A stretch of DNA of 32,000 bases from Pseudoalteromonas translucida KMM 520. GTDB taxonomy: Bacteria > Pseudomonadota > Gammaproteobacteria > Enterobacterales > Alteromonadaceae. Positions 20,003 through 28,738 of the stretch are shown in pieces; position 1 is the first letter of the stretch, and the number at the start of each line of letters is the position of its first letter. The translations under genes were made by a program, and so were the position numbers. The notes beneath the pieces are model-generated. The model had not been told where the DNA came from. It saw nothing but the letters and a program-made list of their open reading frames with translations, and searched no databases. The stretch is from assembly GCF_001465295.1 (NCBI RefSeq), contig NZ_CP011034.1, forward strand, positions 720,001 through 752,000, written 5' to 3'.

Positions 20003-20082
20003 AAAAATAGGCCACAACTTTTGTTGTAGCCTATTATGAAGCCTCTGAAAGATCGTTCAATTAGCTTAAACGATCTGCATTA

Positions 20083-20093
20083 GCATATGTTGC
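20083..20093. repeat. target-site duplication, right copy (gcatatgttgc)
   Basis: See 18647-18657. Confidence 0.85.
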
Positions 20094-20228
20094 GGGTTTT
20101 TTTATGCCCGTATATGAAACGACTTCACTCAAAGTAATGCTGCTTTCCTTGCAAGAAAGTAAGCTATCAGGCAAGGTAGTGCGATAAAATTTATAAATAA
20201 AATCTTAAATTATTAGCAGGAGCTAAAT

Positions 20229-20543
20229 ATGTCAAAGTTCGAAAATGTTAGTGTTATTAAAAAAGCCAATGTGTATTTTGATGGCAAAGTGTCAAGCCGA
20301 ACCGTTTTACTAGGCAGCGGCGAAGCAAAAACATTAGGCTTTATGCAACCAGGTGAGTTTGTGTTCGACACTAACCAAAAAGAATGCATGGAATTATTAG
20401 CAGGGCAGTGGGATATTTTATTGCCGGGTGAGAGCGAGTGGAAAACATTTAATGCGGGCGAATCATTTAATGTTGATGCAAACGTAAGCTTTAAGGTAAA
20501 AGTAAGCGATTTTGCTGATTATTGCTGTTCATATACAGATTAA
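20229..20543 (+). CDS. ppnP: pyrimidine/purine nucleoside phosphorylase (YaiE/DUF1255 family)
   Basis: 104 aa. [14 protein letters not shown]...GEFVFDT...[28 protein letters not shown] parallels E. coli PpnP. AGGAG RBS upstream. Confidence 0.85.
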
Positions 20544-20588
20544 TAGCACAAATTTAACGCGCTTAGTGTGTTATTTAACCGCTTGAGG

Positions 20589-20610
20589 AGCCCGTATAAT
20601 GCGGGCTTTT
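20589..20610 (+). terminator. hairpin (gcccg-tataatg-cgggc) + TTTT after ppnP
   Basis: 5-6 bp GC stem and a short T-tract. Confidence 0.45.
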
Positions 20611-20744
20611 GCATGTTTAATGCTCAGTGAGTGATCTAAATCAGCTTTACTAACAAATATTTGCTTAAATAGTTACATTTATCCTTGTGTTAATTCATAT
20701 TGCCCCCAATACTAACTATGAAGTAACACATAAAAGGATATAAA

Positions 20745-21101
20745 ATGAAAATTAATCTTACAGGTCACCATGTTGACGTTACTGATTCAATTAGAGAACA
20801 CGTAAACGAAAAGTTTTCAAAAATAGCGAATCACTTTCCATCTTTGATCGCGCTCGACATTATTCTTTCTAAAGTTCACAACAAGCTTCAAGCGGAAATT
20901 AGTACTATTTACGAAGGTGCACGTATATCGGTTAAGGGCGAAAACGAAGTGCTGTATCCAGCAATTAGTAGTGCCGCAAAAAAACTAGATACGTCACTAA
21001 AACATCGCAAAGGGCAAATTAAAGCTAATTTGCATGAAAAACCAGAAATAACAACCCCAGAAATTGCACACGAAATCATCCAAGAGATGGATCTTCGTTA
21101 A
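20745..21101 (+). CDS. raiA: ribosome-associated inhibitor / hibernation factor (RaiA/HPF, S30AE family)
   Basis: 118 aa. MKINLTGHHVDVTDSIREHVNEKFSKI... is a typical YfiA/HPF N-terminus, and the short C-terminal tail resembles RaiA more than the 95-aa HPF. AAGGA RBS upstream. Confidence 0.8.
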   Translation: MKINLTGHHVDVTDSIREHVNEKFSKIANHFPSLIALDIILSKVHNKLQAEISTIYEGARISVKGENEVLYPAISSAAKKLDTSLKHRKGQIKANLHEKPEITTPEIAHEIIQEMDLR

Positions 21102-21112
21102 CGTTTTTAGAG

Positions 21113-21139
21113 TTTAGGCCCTAACTTTTAGGGCCTAAA
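21113..21139. terminator. 10-bp perfect hairpin tttaggccct-aactttt-agggcctaaa after raiA
   Basis: The stem is strong but no clear T-tract follows on either strand. Confidence 0.4.
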
Positions 21140-21253
21140 ACCATTATTTATTAGCTTCGTTTTACCCCCTCATTTATTAATACTCTTCAGCTTTCATTTT
21201 GCGTTAAAACTCTGTAATTTATTCATTATTATAAATAAACAGTAAGTACACAC

Positions 21254-22486
21254 ATGCGCTCTGTAGTATCAAATTGGCAAACTCGCTTAAATGCATTGGG
21301 GCCGGGAATTCTAATGGCAACCGCTGCAATTGGTGGTTCACATTTAGTGGCATCAACTCAAGCGGGAGCCATATTTGGCTGGCAATTATTTTGGCTTATT
21401 TTAGTAGTAAACGTTTTAAAGTACCCATTTTTTCGCTTTGGCATGGAGTACACACTCGCTACCAAAAATAGCCTAGTAGAGGGTTATAAAAGCAAAGGGC
21501 CATTTTATTTTTACAGCTTCATTATCCTAAATGTTGTTGCCGCTATCGTTAATACCGCAGGCGTATTATTACTCACCGCAAGCTTGCTGCATTACGCACT
21601 ACCTATCACAATAGAAATAACACTGCTGTGTTGGATTTTACTTGGCGTATGCTTAACCATACTTTTGCTAGGGCACTTTAAAGCGCTAGATAACGTGGCA
21701 AAAGGCATTATGGGGCTACTTACATTAGCAACATTAATAGCACTTGCTATTGCCTTTAGTAATGGCCCAATGGCACCTGCTGACTATGTAGGCCCTTCGC
21801 CGTATGAGTTGGCCATGCTTAGCTTTATGGTAGCATTAATGGGCTGGATGCCCGCCCCCATTGAAATATCCGCACTTAGCTCACTGTGGTTAAAAGAAAA
21901 ACAAGCACAACAAACAATATCTAAACGCGAAGGCTTGTTCGACTTTAACGTGGGTTACTGGTTAACCGCAGGCTTAGCACTGGTGTTTTTTAGCTTAGGT
22001 GTATTAGTGCAATACGGGCAAAGCAGTAATATAGAACTCGGCGGAGTCGCTTTTGCCAAACAGCTTATTGATATGTACGCACTTACCATTGGCGAGTGGG
22101 CAAGGCCGCTAGTATCAGCCATTGCTTTTTTATGTATGTTTGGCACCACATTAACGGTACTAGATGGTTACGCGCGTACTTTAAACGAATCGCATAAATT
22201 ACTTGGTTTTAAGCAATCAAAACACAGCTTAAATACATGGCTAATACTGCAAGCACTTGCTGGTATGGCGGTTATTTTATTTTTTGAATCAGCCTTAGGC
22301 CCTATGCTTACCTTTGCCATGACGCTGTCATTTGTAACCACCCCTATATTTGCTTGGCTTAACTTTAGCCTAGTGCGCTCCGAGCCCAGCATTAAACACG
22401 GCGTACTACTTAAAAGTTTAAGCTGGGTGGGGCTGCTGTACTTAGTTGGTTTTTCTGTGGCATTTGTTGTGTGGATTATGATGTGA
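21254..22486 (+). CDS. NRAMP-fold (MntH-related) membrane transporter with a non-canonical metal site
   Basis: 410 aa and polytopic. LGPGILMATAAIGGSHLVASTQAGAIFGWQLFWLI aligns with MntH TM1 ([35 protein letters not shown] as I recall it), but DPGN is replaced by GGSH. Confidence 0.8.
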   Translation: MRSVVSNWQTRLNALGPGILMATAAIGGSHLVASTQAGAIFGWQLFWLILVVNVLKYPFFRFGMEYTLATKNSLVEGYKSKGPFYFYSFIILNVVAAIVNTAGVLLLTASLLHYALPITIEITLLCWILLGVCLTILLLGHFKALDNVAKGIMGLLTLATLIALAIAFSNGPMAPADYVGPSPYELAMLSFMVALMGWMPAPIEISALSSLWLKEKQAQQTISKREGLFDFNVGYWLTAGLALVFFSLGVLVQYGQSSNIELGGVAFAKQLIDMYALTIGEWARPLVSAIAFLCMFGTTLTVLDGYARTLNESHKLLGFKQSKHSLNTWLILQALAGMAVILFFESALGPMLTFAMTLSFVTTPIFAWLNFSLVRSEPSIKHGVLLKSLSWVGLLYLVGFSVAFVVWIMM

Positions 22487-22776
22487 TTTTAGGCAGGAGG
22501 AGCAAGGTTGGAGGGTTCATAGTTAAACGAGCTATATGAACTTTTCAGTTACAGATATTGTGAAGTTCACTTGATGCAGATAAACACGTTGTTTATAAGT
22601 AGATAGTCAACAGCGAATTACTGACAGTAAATAATTATGATGTTTAAAGTCAAAAATTACCGCTTTGACAGCCGTCGTCTCAAACCTTGAGTACAGTGCT
22701 AAATAAAAAGTAACAAGCGACGGCAATTCAGTAATTAATGCAAGTGTAACTTTATTCTGGTTTTTTAATCCTGCGA

Positions 22777-22804
22777 TTGCTATCAGTTACGTGCTATGTA
22801 TAAT
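22777..22804 (+). promoter_or_regulatory. candidate sigma70 promoter (TTGCTA-16 nt-TATAAT)
   Basis: The -35 is at 22777-22782 and a perfect -10 is at 22799-22804, ~38 nt upstream of the OMP start codon. Confidence 0.4.
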
Positions 22805-22842
22805 CTTAAGCTTATTAAAGGATACACTCAAAAGGAAGTACT

Positions 22843-23424
22843 ATGAAAATGAATAAAGTTTCACTCTTACTATTAACTACTCTTGTTGCGAGTCCTATAG
22901 CATTCGCAAAAACTCCTAACTTTAACTTTGTTTCTGGCGGTTACCTAGATGGCGATATTGATGGTGAAGGCGCAGATGGTTGGACAATAGATGGTAGTAC
23001 GCTAGTAAGCGAGAACGTGTTCTTATCTGGTCAGTATCAAACCGTTGGTGATTCAGAGAACGGTTTAGATGTAGATATAAATTGGCTTAGCGCAGGGATT
23101 GGGTATCGTACGGCAATTAGCGCCAGCACCGACTTTTATGGTTTGGTGACGTATGAAAACCTTGAGGCAGAAGCATCATATCGCGGTAACAGCGCTTCGG
23201 AAGACGAAAATGGATATGGCTTATCTGTTGGGGTTCGTTCAATGGTGAGTGATAGCATCGAGCTGGATGGACGCTTGGGTTACATCGATATTGCAGATGA
23301 AAGTGAGACATCTATCTCAGTAGGTGCACGCTTTCATATGAATGAGAATTTTTCATTCGGTGCTAATTATACGTCATTGGATGATGTGGATTTAATTAGT
23401 GCAACAGTGCGATATAGTTTCTAA
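22843..23424 (+). CDS. small outer-membrane beta-barrel protein
   Basis: 193 aa. It has a signal peptide (MKMNKVSLLLLTTLVASPIAFA), alternating aromatic/hydrophilic strands and a C-terminal ...VRYSF (terminal Phe). AAGGAAG RBS upstream. Confidence 0.8.
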   Translation: MKMNKVSLLLLTTLVASPIAFAKTPNFNFVSGGYLDGDIDGEGADGWTIDGSTLVSENVFLSGQYQTVGDSENGLDVDINWLSAGIGYRTAISASTDFYGLVTYENLEAEASYRGNSASEDENGYGLSVGVRSMVSDSIELDGRLGYIDIADESETSISVGARFHMNENFSFGANYTSLDDVDLISATVRYSF

Positions 23425-23445
23425 ATCTGAATACTAGCTTTATCT

Positions 23446-23471
23446 AAGCGCACTAAATAAGTGCGCTTTTT
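23446..23471 (+). terminator. rho-independent terminator (agcgcac-taaataa-gtgcgct + TTTTT)
   Basis: Perfect 7-bp stem followed by a T-tract, 22 nt after the OMP stop. Confidence 0.75.
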
Positions 23472-23628
23472 GTGTCTAACCCATACTCGTTTGCGTTGAT
23501 TTTGCTGCGCTCAACCCAAGCTGTGTAAAAACTAACCGTCACAGTAACATGTAGCATTTACTCCATTATCACGCCTATAACTGTGCTAAACAGTATGAAC
23601 ATCGACCACACTTCATCAAACGCATTGT

Positions 23629-24816
23629 TTAACTCAGCTCTTTTATCGCTCTACTTATTCCATCTAAACTCAGCGCATACATGCGGTTGTTCATTAACTC
23701 TTTTATAAAGCCAATTGATTGATAGTACGGCCAGTGTTCAACGGGTTGTGGGTTGAGCCACGCTACTTTATCAAAGTGGTTTGTTATATGTGATAACCAT
23801 ACACTGCCAGGCTCTTCGTTATAGTGCTCTACCGAGCCGCCGGGGTAGGCTATTTCGTACGGGCCCATGGTGGCATCGCCCACAAATATTACTTTGTAGT
23901 CGCTGGTAAATTTATTAATTAGCGTCATGGTGTCGATAACGTTTGAGTGGCGGCGTTCGTTGTCTTGCCAAACATTTTCGTACAAGCAGTTATGAAAGTA
24001 GTAAAACTCTAAGTGTTTAAACTCGCCGTGGGCGGCGCTAAATAATTCTTCGCAGGTATGAATGTAGTCATCCATTGAGCCGCCAATATCAAATAGCATT
24101 AATACTTTTACCGCATTGTGGCGCTCTGGTGCCATTTTTACGTCAAGCATGCCGCCTTGTTTTGCGGTAGCGCGAATAGTCTCGTTTAAATCTAGCGTGT
24201 CGCTTGCGCCAGTGCGGGCAAATTTACGCAGTTTTTTAAGGGCAAGTTTAATAGTACGCGAGCCAATTTCACGGTCGGAGTCTAAATTGCGATATTCGCG
24301 TTTATCCCACACTTTTACTGCTTGGCGGTTACGGTTGCCGTCTTGGCCTATGCGTACACCTTCAGGGTTGTAGCCATAAGCACCAAAAGGGGAGGTGCCG
24401 CCGGTGCCAACCCATTTATTACCGCCTGCGTGGCGTTTTTGTTGCTCTTCTAAGCGCTCTTTAAGGGTTTTCATTAGCTCATCGAGGCCACCCATGGCTT
24501 TTAGTTGGGCTTTTTCTTCATCGCTGAGATTTTTTTCAAACTCTTTACGCAGCCAATCTTCTGGTAAGTTGTGCTGCTGCTTTAAACTCTCGAGTAAGTC
24601 TAAGTCTGCAATACCACTAAAGTAGTCGCTAAAGGCTTTGTCGAAGCGATCAAAGTGGGTTTCGTCTTTTACCATTATGGTGCGTGCTAAATGGTAAAAA
24701 GCGTCTACGTCGGCAAATATAACGCTCTTTTTTAAGGCGTTAATTAAATCAAGCAACTCGCGCAGGCTTACCGGTAAACGGTATTTACGCAGCGTGAAAA
24801 AAAACTGTACTAACAT
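23629..24816 (-). CDS. VWA-domain protein, CoxE-like
   Basis: 395 aa. The N-terminus FFFTLRKYRLPVSLRELLDLINAL is typical of CoxE-like proteins, and the C-terminal VWA has a MIDAS-position DIGGSM. Its start lies 1 nt after the stop of the upstream ATPase. Confidence 0.8.
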   Translation of the reverse strand: MLVQFFFTLRKYRLPVSLRELLDLINALKKSVIFADVDAFYHLARTIMVKDETHFDRFDKAFSDYFSGIADLDLLESLKQQHNLPEDWLRKEFEKNLSDEEKAQLKAMGGLDELMKTLKERLEEQQKRHAGGNKWVGTGGTSPFGAYGYNPEGVRIGQDGNRNRQAVKVWDKREYRNLDSDREIGSRTIKLALKKLRKFARTGASDTLDLNETIRATAKQGGMLDVKMAPERHNAVKVLMLFDIGGSMDDYIHTCEELFSAAHGEFKHLEFYYFHNCLYENVWQDNERRHSNVIDTMTLINKFTSDYKVIFVGDATMGPYEIAYPGGSVEHYNEEPGSVWLSHITNHFDKVAWLNPQPVEHWPYYQSIGFIKELMNNRMYALSLDGISRAIKELS

Positions 24817-24817
24817 G

Positions 24818-25666
24818 TTAGCGACGGCTCATAAACGCGAGTTTTTCGATTAGGCTTATGTCTTGCTCATTTTTAAGTAATGCGCCAAACATTGGCATTA
24901 AACCGCCTTTTTTAGCTTTGTCGTGCAGTGTTTTTGCGTCTATGTCTTCTGCCATAAGTAACTTTAACCAGTCGAGTAATTCGCTGGTGGATGGCTTCTT
25001 TTTAAGGCCGTTTGCTTCGCGTAGGTTAAAAAACACTTCGAGTGCTTGACGTACTAAATCTTGCTTAACATTAGGGTAGTGCACGTCAATAATTTGCTGC
25101 ATTTCATCGGCAGATGGAAAGTCTATGTAGTGGAAAAAGCAGCGGCGTAAAAAGGCGTCGGGCAGCTCTTTTTCGTTATTAGAGGTGATGATCACAATAG
25201 GGCGCTCTTTTGCTACCACTCGCTCGCTGGTTTCGTAAACATGAAACTCCATTTTATCGAGTTCTAACAGGAGATCGTTTGGAAACTCAATATCGGCTTT
25301 GTCTATTTCATCTATTAATAATACCGGGCGTTTACCGTGTTGGTCGGCGTAAGTAAATGCTTGCCACAGTTTGCCTTTAACTATGTAGTTACTAATATTG
25401 TGTACGCGCTCGTCGCCTAACTGGCTGTCGCGCAGGCGCGAAACTGCATCGTATTCATACAAACCTTGCTGCGCTTTGGTGGTCGATTTAATGTGCCACT
25501 GAATAAGTTCGGTATCTAAACTTTTTGCCAGCTCTTCAGCTAGCATGGTTTTACCTGTACCCGGCTCACCTTTAATTAAAAGTGGCTTTTCGAGCATAAT
25601 AGCCGCGTTTACAGCTTGCTTAAGCGCAGAGCTGGCGATGTAATTGTCGGTTGAATTAAATTGCAC
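24818..25666 (-). CDS. MoxR-family AAA+ ATPase
   Basis: 282 aa. Walker A is GEPGTGKT and Walker B is VLLIDEIDKA. The start is GTG, preceded by AAGGT. Confidence 0.88.
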   Translation of the reverse strand: MQFNSTDNYIASSALKQAVNAAIMLEKPLLIKGEPGTGKTMLAEELAKSLDTELIQWHIKSTTKAQQGLYEYDAVSRLRDSQLGDERVHNISNYIVKGKLWQAFTYADQHGKRPVLLIDEIDKADIEFPNDLLLELDKMEFHVYETSERVVAKERPIVIITSNNEKELPDAFLRRCFFHYIDFPSADEMQQIIDVHYPNVKQDLVRQALEVFFNLREANGLKKKPSTSELLDWLKLLMAEDIDAKTLHDKAKKGGLMPMFGALLKNEQDISLIEKLAFMSRR

Positions 25667-25725
25667 TTTATTACCTTCTTTTCGTCACAGGTCAGATGAG
25701 TTTTTATAATCCTATCATGCCATAG

Positions 25726-25965
25726 TTAATCGGCTTCACCAAGGTAGCTAAACCGAGGAATAGTTTTGCCATCTTTTTCAACTGTTTCGCTAAACATTTC
25801 TAAAGGGCGTGCCCATATACCAAACTCACCGTATAGCGCTTGGTAAATTACCAGTTGCTCGTTGGTTTCGCTGTGAGTGGCTACATAAAGCACTTTGTAC
25901 TGTGGCCCTTTGTAGTGTTGGTATAATCCTGATTTGAGGGAAAGTGGTTTTATTGCTGTAGTCAT
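25726..25965 (-). CDS. small conserved protein, DUF1653-like
   Basis: 79 aa. YQHYKGPQYKVLYVATHSETNEQLVIYQALYG...WARPLEMF matches my memory of the DUF1653 signature. It is on the same strand as the MoxR gene and 59 nt upstream of it. Confidence 0.65.
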   Translation of the reverse strand: MTTAIKPLSLKSGLYQHYKGPQYKVLYVATHSETNEQLVIYQALYGEFGIWARPLEMFSETVEKDGKTIPRFSYLGEAD

Positions 25966-26025
25966 GTTTTGATCTCTTGTATAATTTGTTTCTGCACTTT
26001 TAATGCTAACTAATTTGCCAATACT

Positions 26026-26505
26026 ATGAACTATATTACGCTAGATGATTACAAAAAAGCATGGGTTTTTCGCCATAAAGACATGCCTGTTTCAGCCGAT
26101 GATGCTGCAAACATTAAACCAATGAGCCTTGAGCGCGCAGCTGTACTGTGGACAACTATGGTGAGTCGTGAGTTTGATCACCCTGATTTTTTTGATAAAA
26201 CAGATTGGTGTGGTCAAGATGAAAGTTATAGCCAAGAAGTAAACTGGGAAAGCGCATGGGAAAACGGCGATGAACAACTTCCCGAAGCCATTTTAGCGCA
26301 TTTAGATTGGCAAGCTAATACCACGGTTTATTTTTGCATGGCACGCGACAATATTATTGAAACCACCTTTGATGTGTTTAAACGCAACTGGCAAAACTTT
26401 ATGTTTTTAGCCGACGGCAGTTTACTTATAGGTAAAAAACGCAATACCGTAGTGCAGTTTTTAGAGTCGGGCATTGCTAAATTAGGTGAAAAGCCAAGCG
26501 CTTAA
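26026..26505 (+). CDS. hypothetical cytoplasmic protein (possibly DUF2947-like)
   Basis: 159 aa, W/D/E-rich, with no TM segment or signal peptide. It is divergent from the DUF1653-like gene. The family assignment is from memory only. Confidence 0.6.
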   Translation: MNYITLDDYKKAWVFRHKDMPVSADDAANIKPMSLERAAVLWTTMVSREFDHPDFFDKTDWCGQDESYSQEVNWESAWENGDEQLPEAILAHLDWQANTTVYFCMARDNIIETTFDVFKRNWQNFMFLADGSLLIGKKRNTVVQFLESGIAKLGEKPSA

Positions 26506-26580
26506 TTTAGCACTCGGCGCTTAAAAATTACGCAGTACTGTGTTATAAAACATTTACCTAAGTGTTTTTGAGTACGGCAA

Positions 26581-27213
26581 TTGGCAGCAAAAAATGAGCC
26601 TGTTGGCGCGCCACAACAAGTTGAAATGTGGCAAGCCGATGCAAAAAAAGTGTTATATGCACAATTGTGTAATGCATTTTATCAACGTGAGGTTCAGCGT
26701 TTAGTCGCTGAGCCTAATAGCGATAGGCTGCGTCGCCAATTAAAAAGCCTACCTTATTACATTGAACGTGCTGCCACATTAGTTGCCAATACAAGCTCGC
26801 CTTTCAAACTAGATTCGCAAAATGGCTCTTGGCTTGCAAAGCAAAAACCGACCCCACCAGAGATTAACATTCAAGCAAATGAACTTTTTTATCAACATAA
26901 TGCCAAAGTCGGGTTAATAATCCCTATTTTAGTGCGTAGTGATGAGCAAATTCGCGTTAGAATAGACAGCCTAGACCAAGTAAGCGACAATAAAGTGCAT
27001 TGTAATGAGCTAGGTTGGTTTGCGTTTTCGGGGCAGGGGCTTGAGCTGCCAAACGCGCAATTATTAACGCCGAGTAAAATGTCATTAACCGCGGCGTGTT
27101 GCGGGCATCAATGGCAGTTTTCAAAACGCTGTTTGCCACGGGTTTTATCGCTGCGCGAAATGCTACTGGCAGGAAATATAAATTGGCGCAATGTAAAACG
27201 ACTACAAACGTAA
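26581..27213 (+). CDS. hypothetical protein, start uncertain (TTG 26581 or ATG 26626)
   Basis: 210-aa ORF with no recognised family. Neither candidate start has a good SD. It contains CCGHQWQFSKRC. Confidence 0.5.
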   Translation: MAAKNEPVGAPQQVEMWQADAKKVLYAQLCNAFYQREVQRLVAEPNSDRLRRQLKSLPYYIERAATLVANTSSPFKLDSQNGSWLAKQKPTPPEINIQANELFYQHNAKVGLIIPILVRSDEQIRVRIDSLDQVSDNKVHCNELGWFAFSGQGLELPNAQLLTPSKMSLTAACCGHQWQFSKRCLPRVLSLREMLLAGNINWRNVKRLQT

Positions 27214-27262
27214 CTTGATTAATTAAATAAGTTTATTTGAATTTAAAAATAAGGAGTGTTAA

Positions 27263-27541
27263 ATGCGGTTTTTTCAGGTTGGCTTGTTATGTTTAGCACT
27301 GTTTGTGCAGTATAGATTGTGGTTTGGCCATAATGGCGTACAAGACTACACACGTTTAAAAAGTGCGGTTGCATCTCATTTACACACTAACGAAAAATTG
27401 ATTAAACGCAATAAAGTATTAACCGCCGATATAGAAGATTTAAAGCTTGGCCATGAAGGCATAGAAGAGCGCGCACGTAACGAATTAGGAATGATTAAAG
27501 CGGGCGAAACATTTATACGTGTTTTACCAGCTCAACAATAA
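27263..27541 (+). CDS. ftsB: cell division protein FtsB
   Basis: 92 aa: an N-terminal TM, a coiled coil, and EERARNELGMIKAGETF typical of FtsB. AAGGAG RBS upstream. Confidence 0.93.
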   Translation: MRFFQVGLLCLALFVQYRLWFGHNGVQDYTRLKSAVASHLHTNEKLIKRNKVLTADIEDLKLGHEGIEERARNELGMIKAGETFIRVLPAQQ

Positions 27542-27542
27542 T

Positions 27543-28244
27543 ATGACAAATAAACCAACTATAGCTGCCATTATACCTGCTGCCGGAGTGGGTAGTAGAA
27601 TGCAACATAATGCGCCTAAACAGTATATTAAATTAGCAGGTAAAACTATTTTAGAGCATACGCTCACAAAATTATCTGCTTTAGCGCAGCTTAATACAAT
27701 TGTTGTAGCCCTAAATGAAAACGATCCTTACTTTGAGCAATTGCCAGTGATTGATGCGCGCATTGTGCGTACTTGTGGCGGTAAAGAGCGTGCTGATTCT
27801 GTTTTAAACAGTTTGCTTTTTTTAGCCGCCAACCCGCCCGACTGGGTACTTGTGCACGATGCTGCCCGCCCGCTAGTTACTATTGACGACATAAATACAC
27901 TTATAAATGAGTGTATAAACGCCGACGAAGGCGGAATTTTAGCCAGTAAAGTAAAAGACACTATAAAACGTGGCCATATTTATGCTGAGCAAACCGTACC
28001 CCGAGATGATTTATGGCAAGCCCTTACCCCGCAGTTTTTTAAATACGAAGATCTTAAAAATGCGCTGCAAAATGCACTGGCAAGCGGCGCAGTTATTACC
28101 GACGAAGCAAGCGCCATTGAATGGGCTAGCAAGCCAGTAAAATTAATACCAGGGCGTAGCGATAATATTAAAATAACCACTCCTGAGGATTTAGACTTGG
28201 CTGGTTTTTTACTTCAAAAACAACAAAACGAGAATGCATTATGA
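27543..28244 (+). CDS. ispD: 2-C-methyl-D-erythritol 4-phosphate cytidylyltransferase
   Basis: Start trimmed to [20 protein letters not shown] (P-loop-like IspD motif). The ATG lies 1 nt after the ftsB stop. Confidence 0.93.
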   Translation: MTNKPTIAAIIPAAGVGSRMQHNAPKQYIKLAGKTILEHTLTKLSALAQLNTIVVALNENDPYFEQLPVIDARIVRTCGGKERADSVLNSLLFLAANPPDWVLVHDAARPLVTIDDINTLINECINADEGGILASKVKDTIKRGHIYAEQTVPRDDLWQALTPQFFKYEDLKNALQNALASGAVITDEASAIEWASKPVKLIPGRSDNIKITTPEDLDLAGFLLQKQQNENAL

Positions 28245-28738
28245 TACGAATTGGTCATGGTTTTGACGTGCATAAATTTGGCGGTGTTGGCCCATTAACT
28301 ATCGGCGGCGAAAAAATTGATTATCCGCAAGGTTTTTTAGCACACTCTGATGGCGATGTTGCTATTCATGCACTGTGCGATGCTATTTTAGGCGCACTTG
28401 CAATGGGCGACATTGGTAAACATTTTCCAGATACGGCCAGTGAATATGAAAATATCGACAGCCGAATATTACTGCGTCATGTGGTTAGCTTAGCTAAAGA
28501 GCAAGGCTATGTATTGGGCAATGGTGATGTAACTATAGTGGCACAAGCGCCAAAAATGTTGCCACATATTCAAGCTATGCGTAGCAACCTTGCAAGCGAT
28601 TTAAACTGCGAACTATCGCAAATAAATGTTAAAGCTACTACCACCGAAAAGCTCGGTTTTGAAGGGCGAAAAGAAGGTATTTCGAGCCATGCAGTGGTAA
28701 TTATGAACAAAGAGTCAATGAGTAAAACAAACGCATGA
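28241..28738 (+). CDS. ispF: 2-C-methyl-D-erythritol 2,4-cyclodiphosphate synthase
   Basis: 165 aa. It has [13 protein letters not shown]...[14 protein letters not shown]. An ATGA overlap joins it to ispD. Confidence 0.95.
   Translation: MIRIGHGFDVHKFGGVGPLTIGGEKIDYPQGFLAHSDGDVAIHALCDAILGALAMGDIGKHFPDTASEYENIDSRILLRHVVSLAKEQGYVLGNGDVTIVAQAPKMLPHIQAMRSNLASDLNCELSQINVKATTTEKLGFEGRKEGISSHAVVIMNKESMSKTNA

Larger units (their letters stand above)
18658..20082 (-). mobile_element. IS4-family insertion sequence, complete (1425 bp)
   Basis: Terminal imperfect inverted repeats are TAACACCACTCGTTTAAG (left) and TAATGCAGATCGTTTAAG (right, reverse complement), matching at 13/18. It is flanked by 11-bp direct repeats and holds a single DDE transposase ORF. 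Confidence 0.9.

Noticed and set aside
21102-21253. A metal-sensing riboswitch upstream of the NRAMP-like gene, or a SAM riboswitch upstream of metK (16314-16616).
   Set aside because: Neither leader shows the multi-helix conserved cores I would expect. Both are AT-rich with at most one simple hairpin.
18600-27262. The tkt-to-ftsB stretch as a genomic island or defence island.
   Set aside because: Apart from the single IS, there is no integrase, tRNA attachment site, flanking direct repeats or defence-type gene (nuclease, reverse transcriptase, methylase, STAND/NTPase array). The contents look like ordinary chromosomal genes.
28311-28330. A DnaA-box-like ttatccgca.
   Set aside because: It is a single imperfect box inside the ispF coding sequence, with no cluster and no AT-rich 13-mers.
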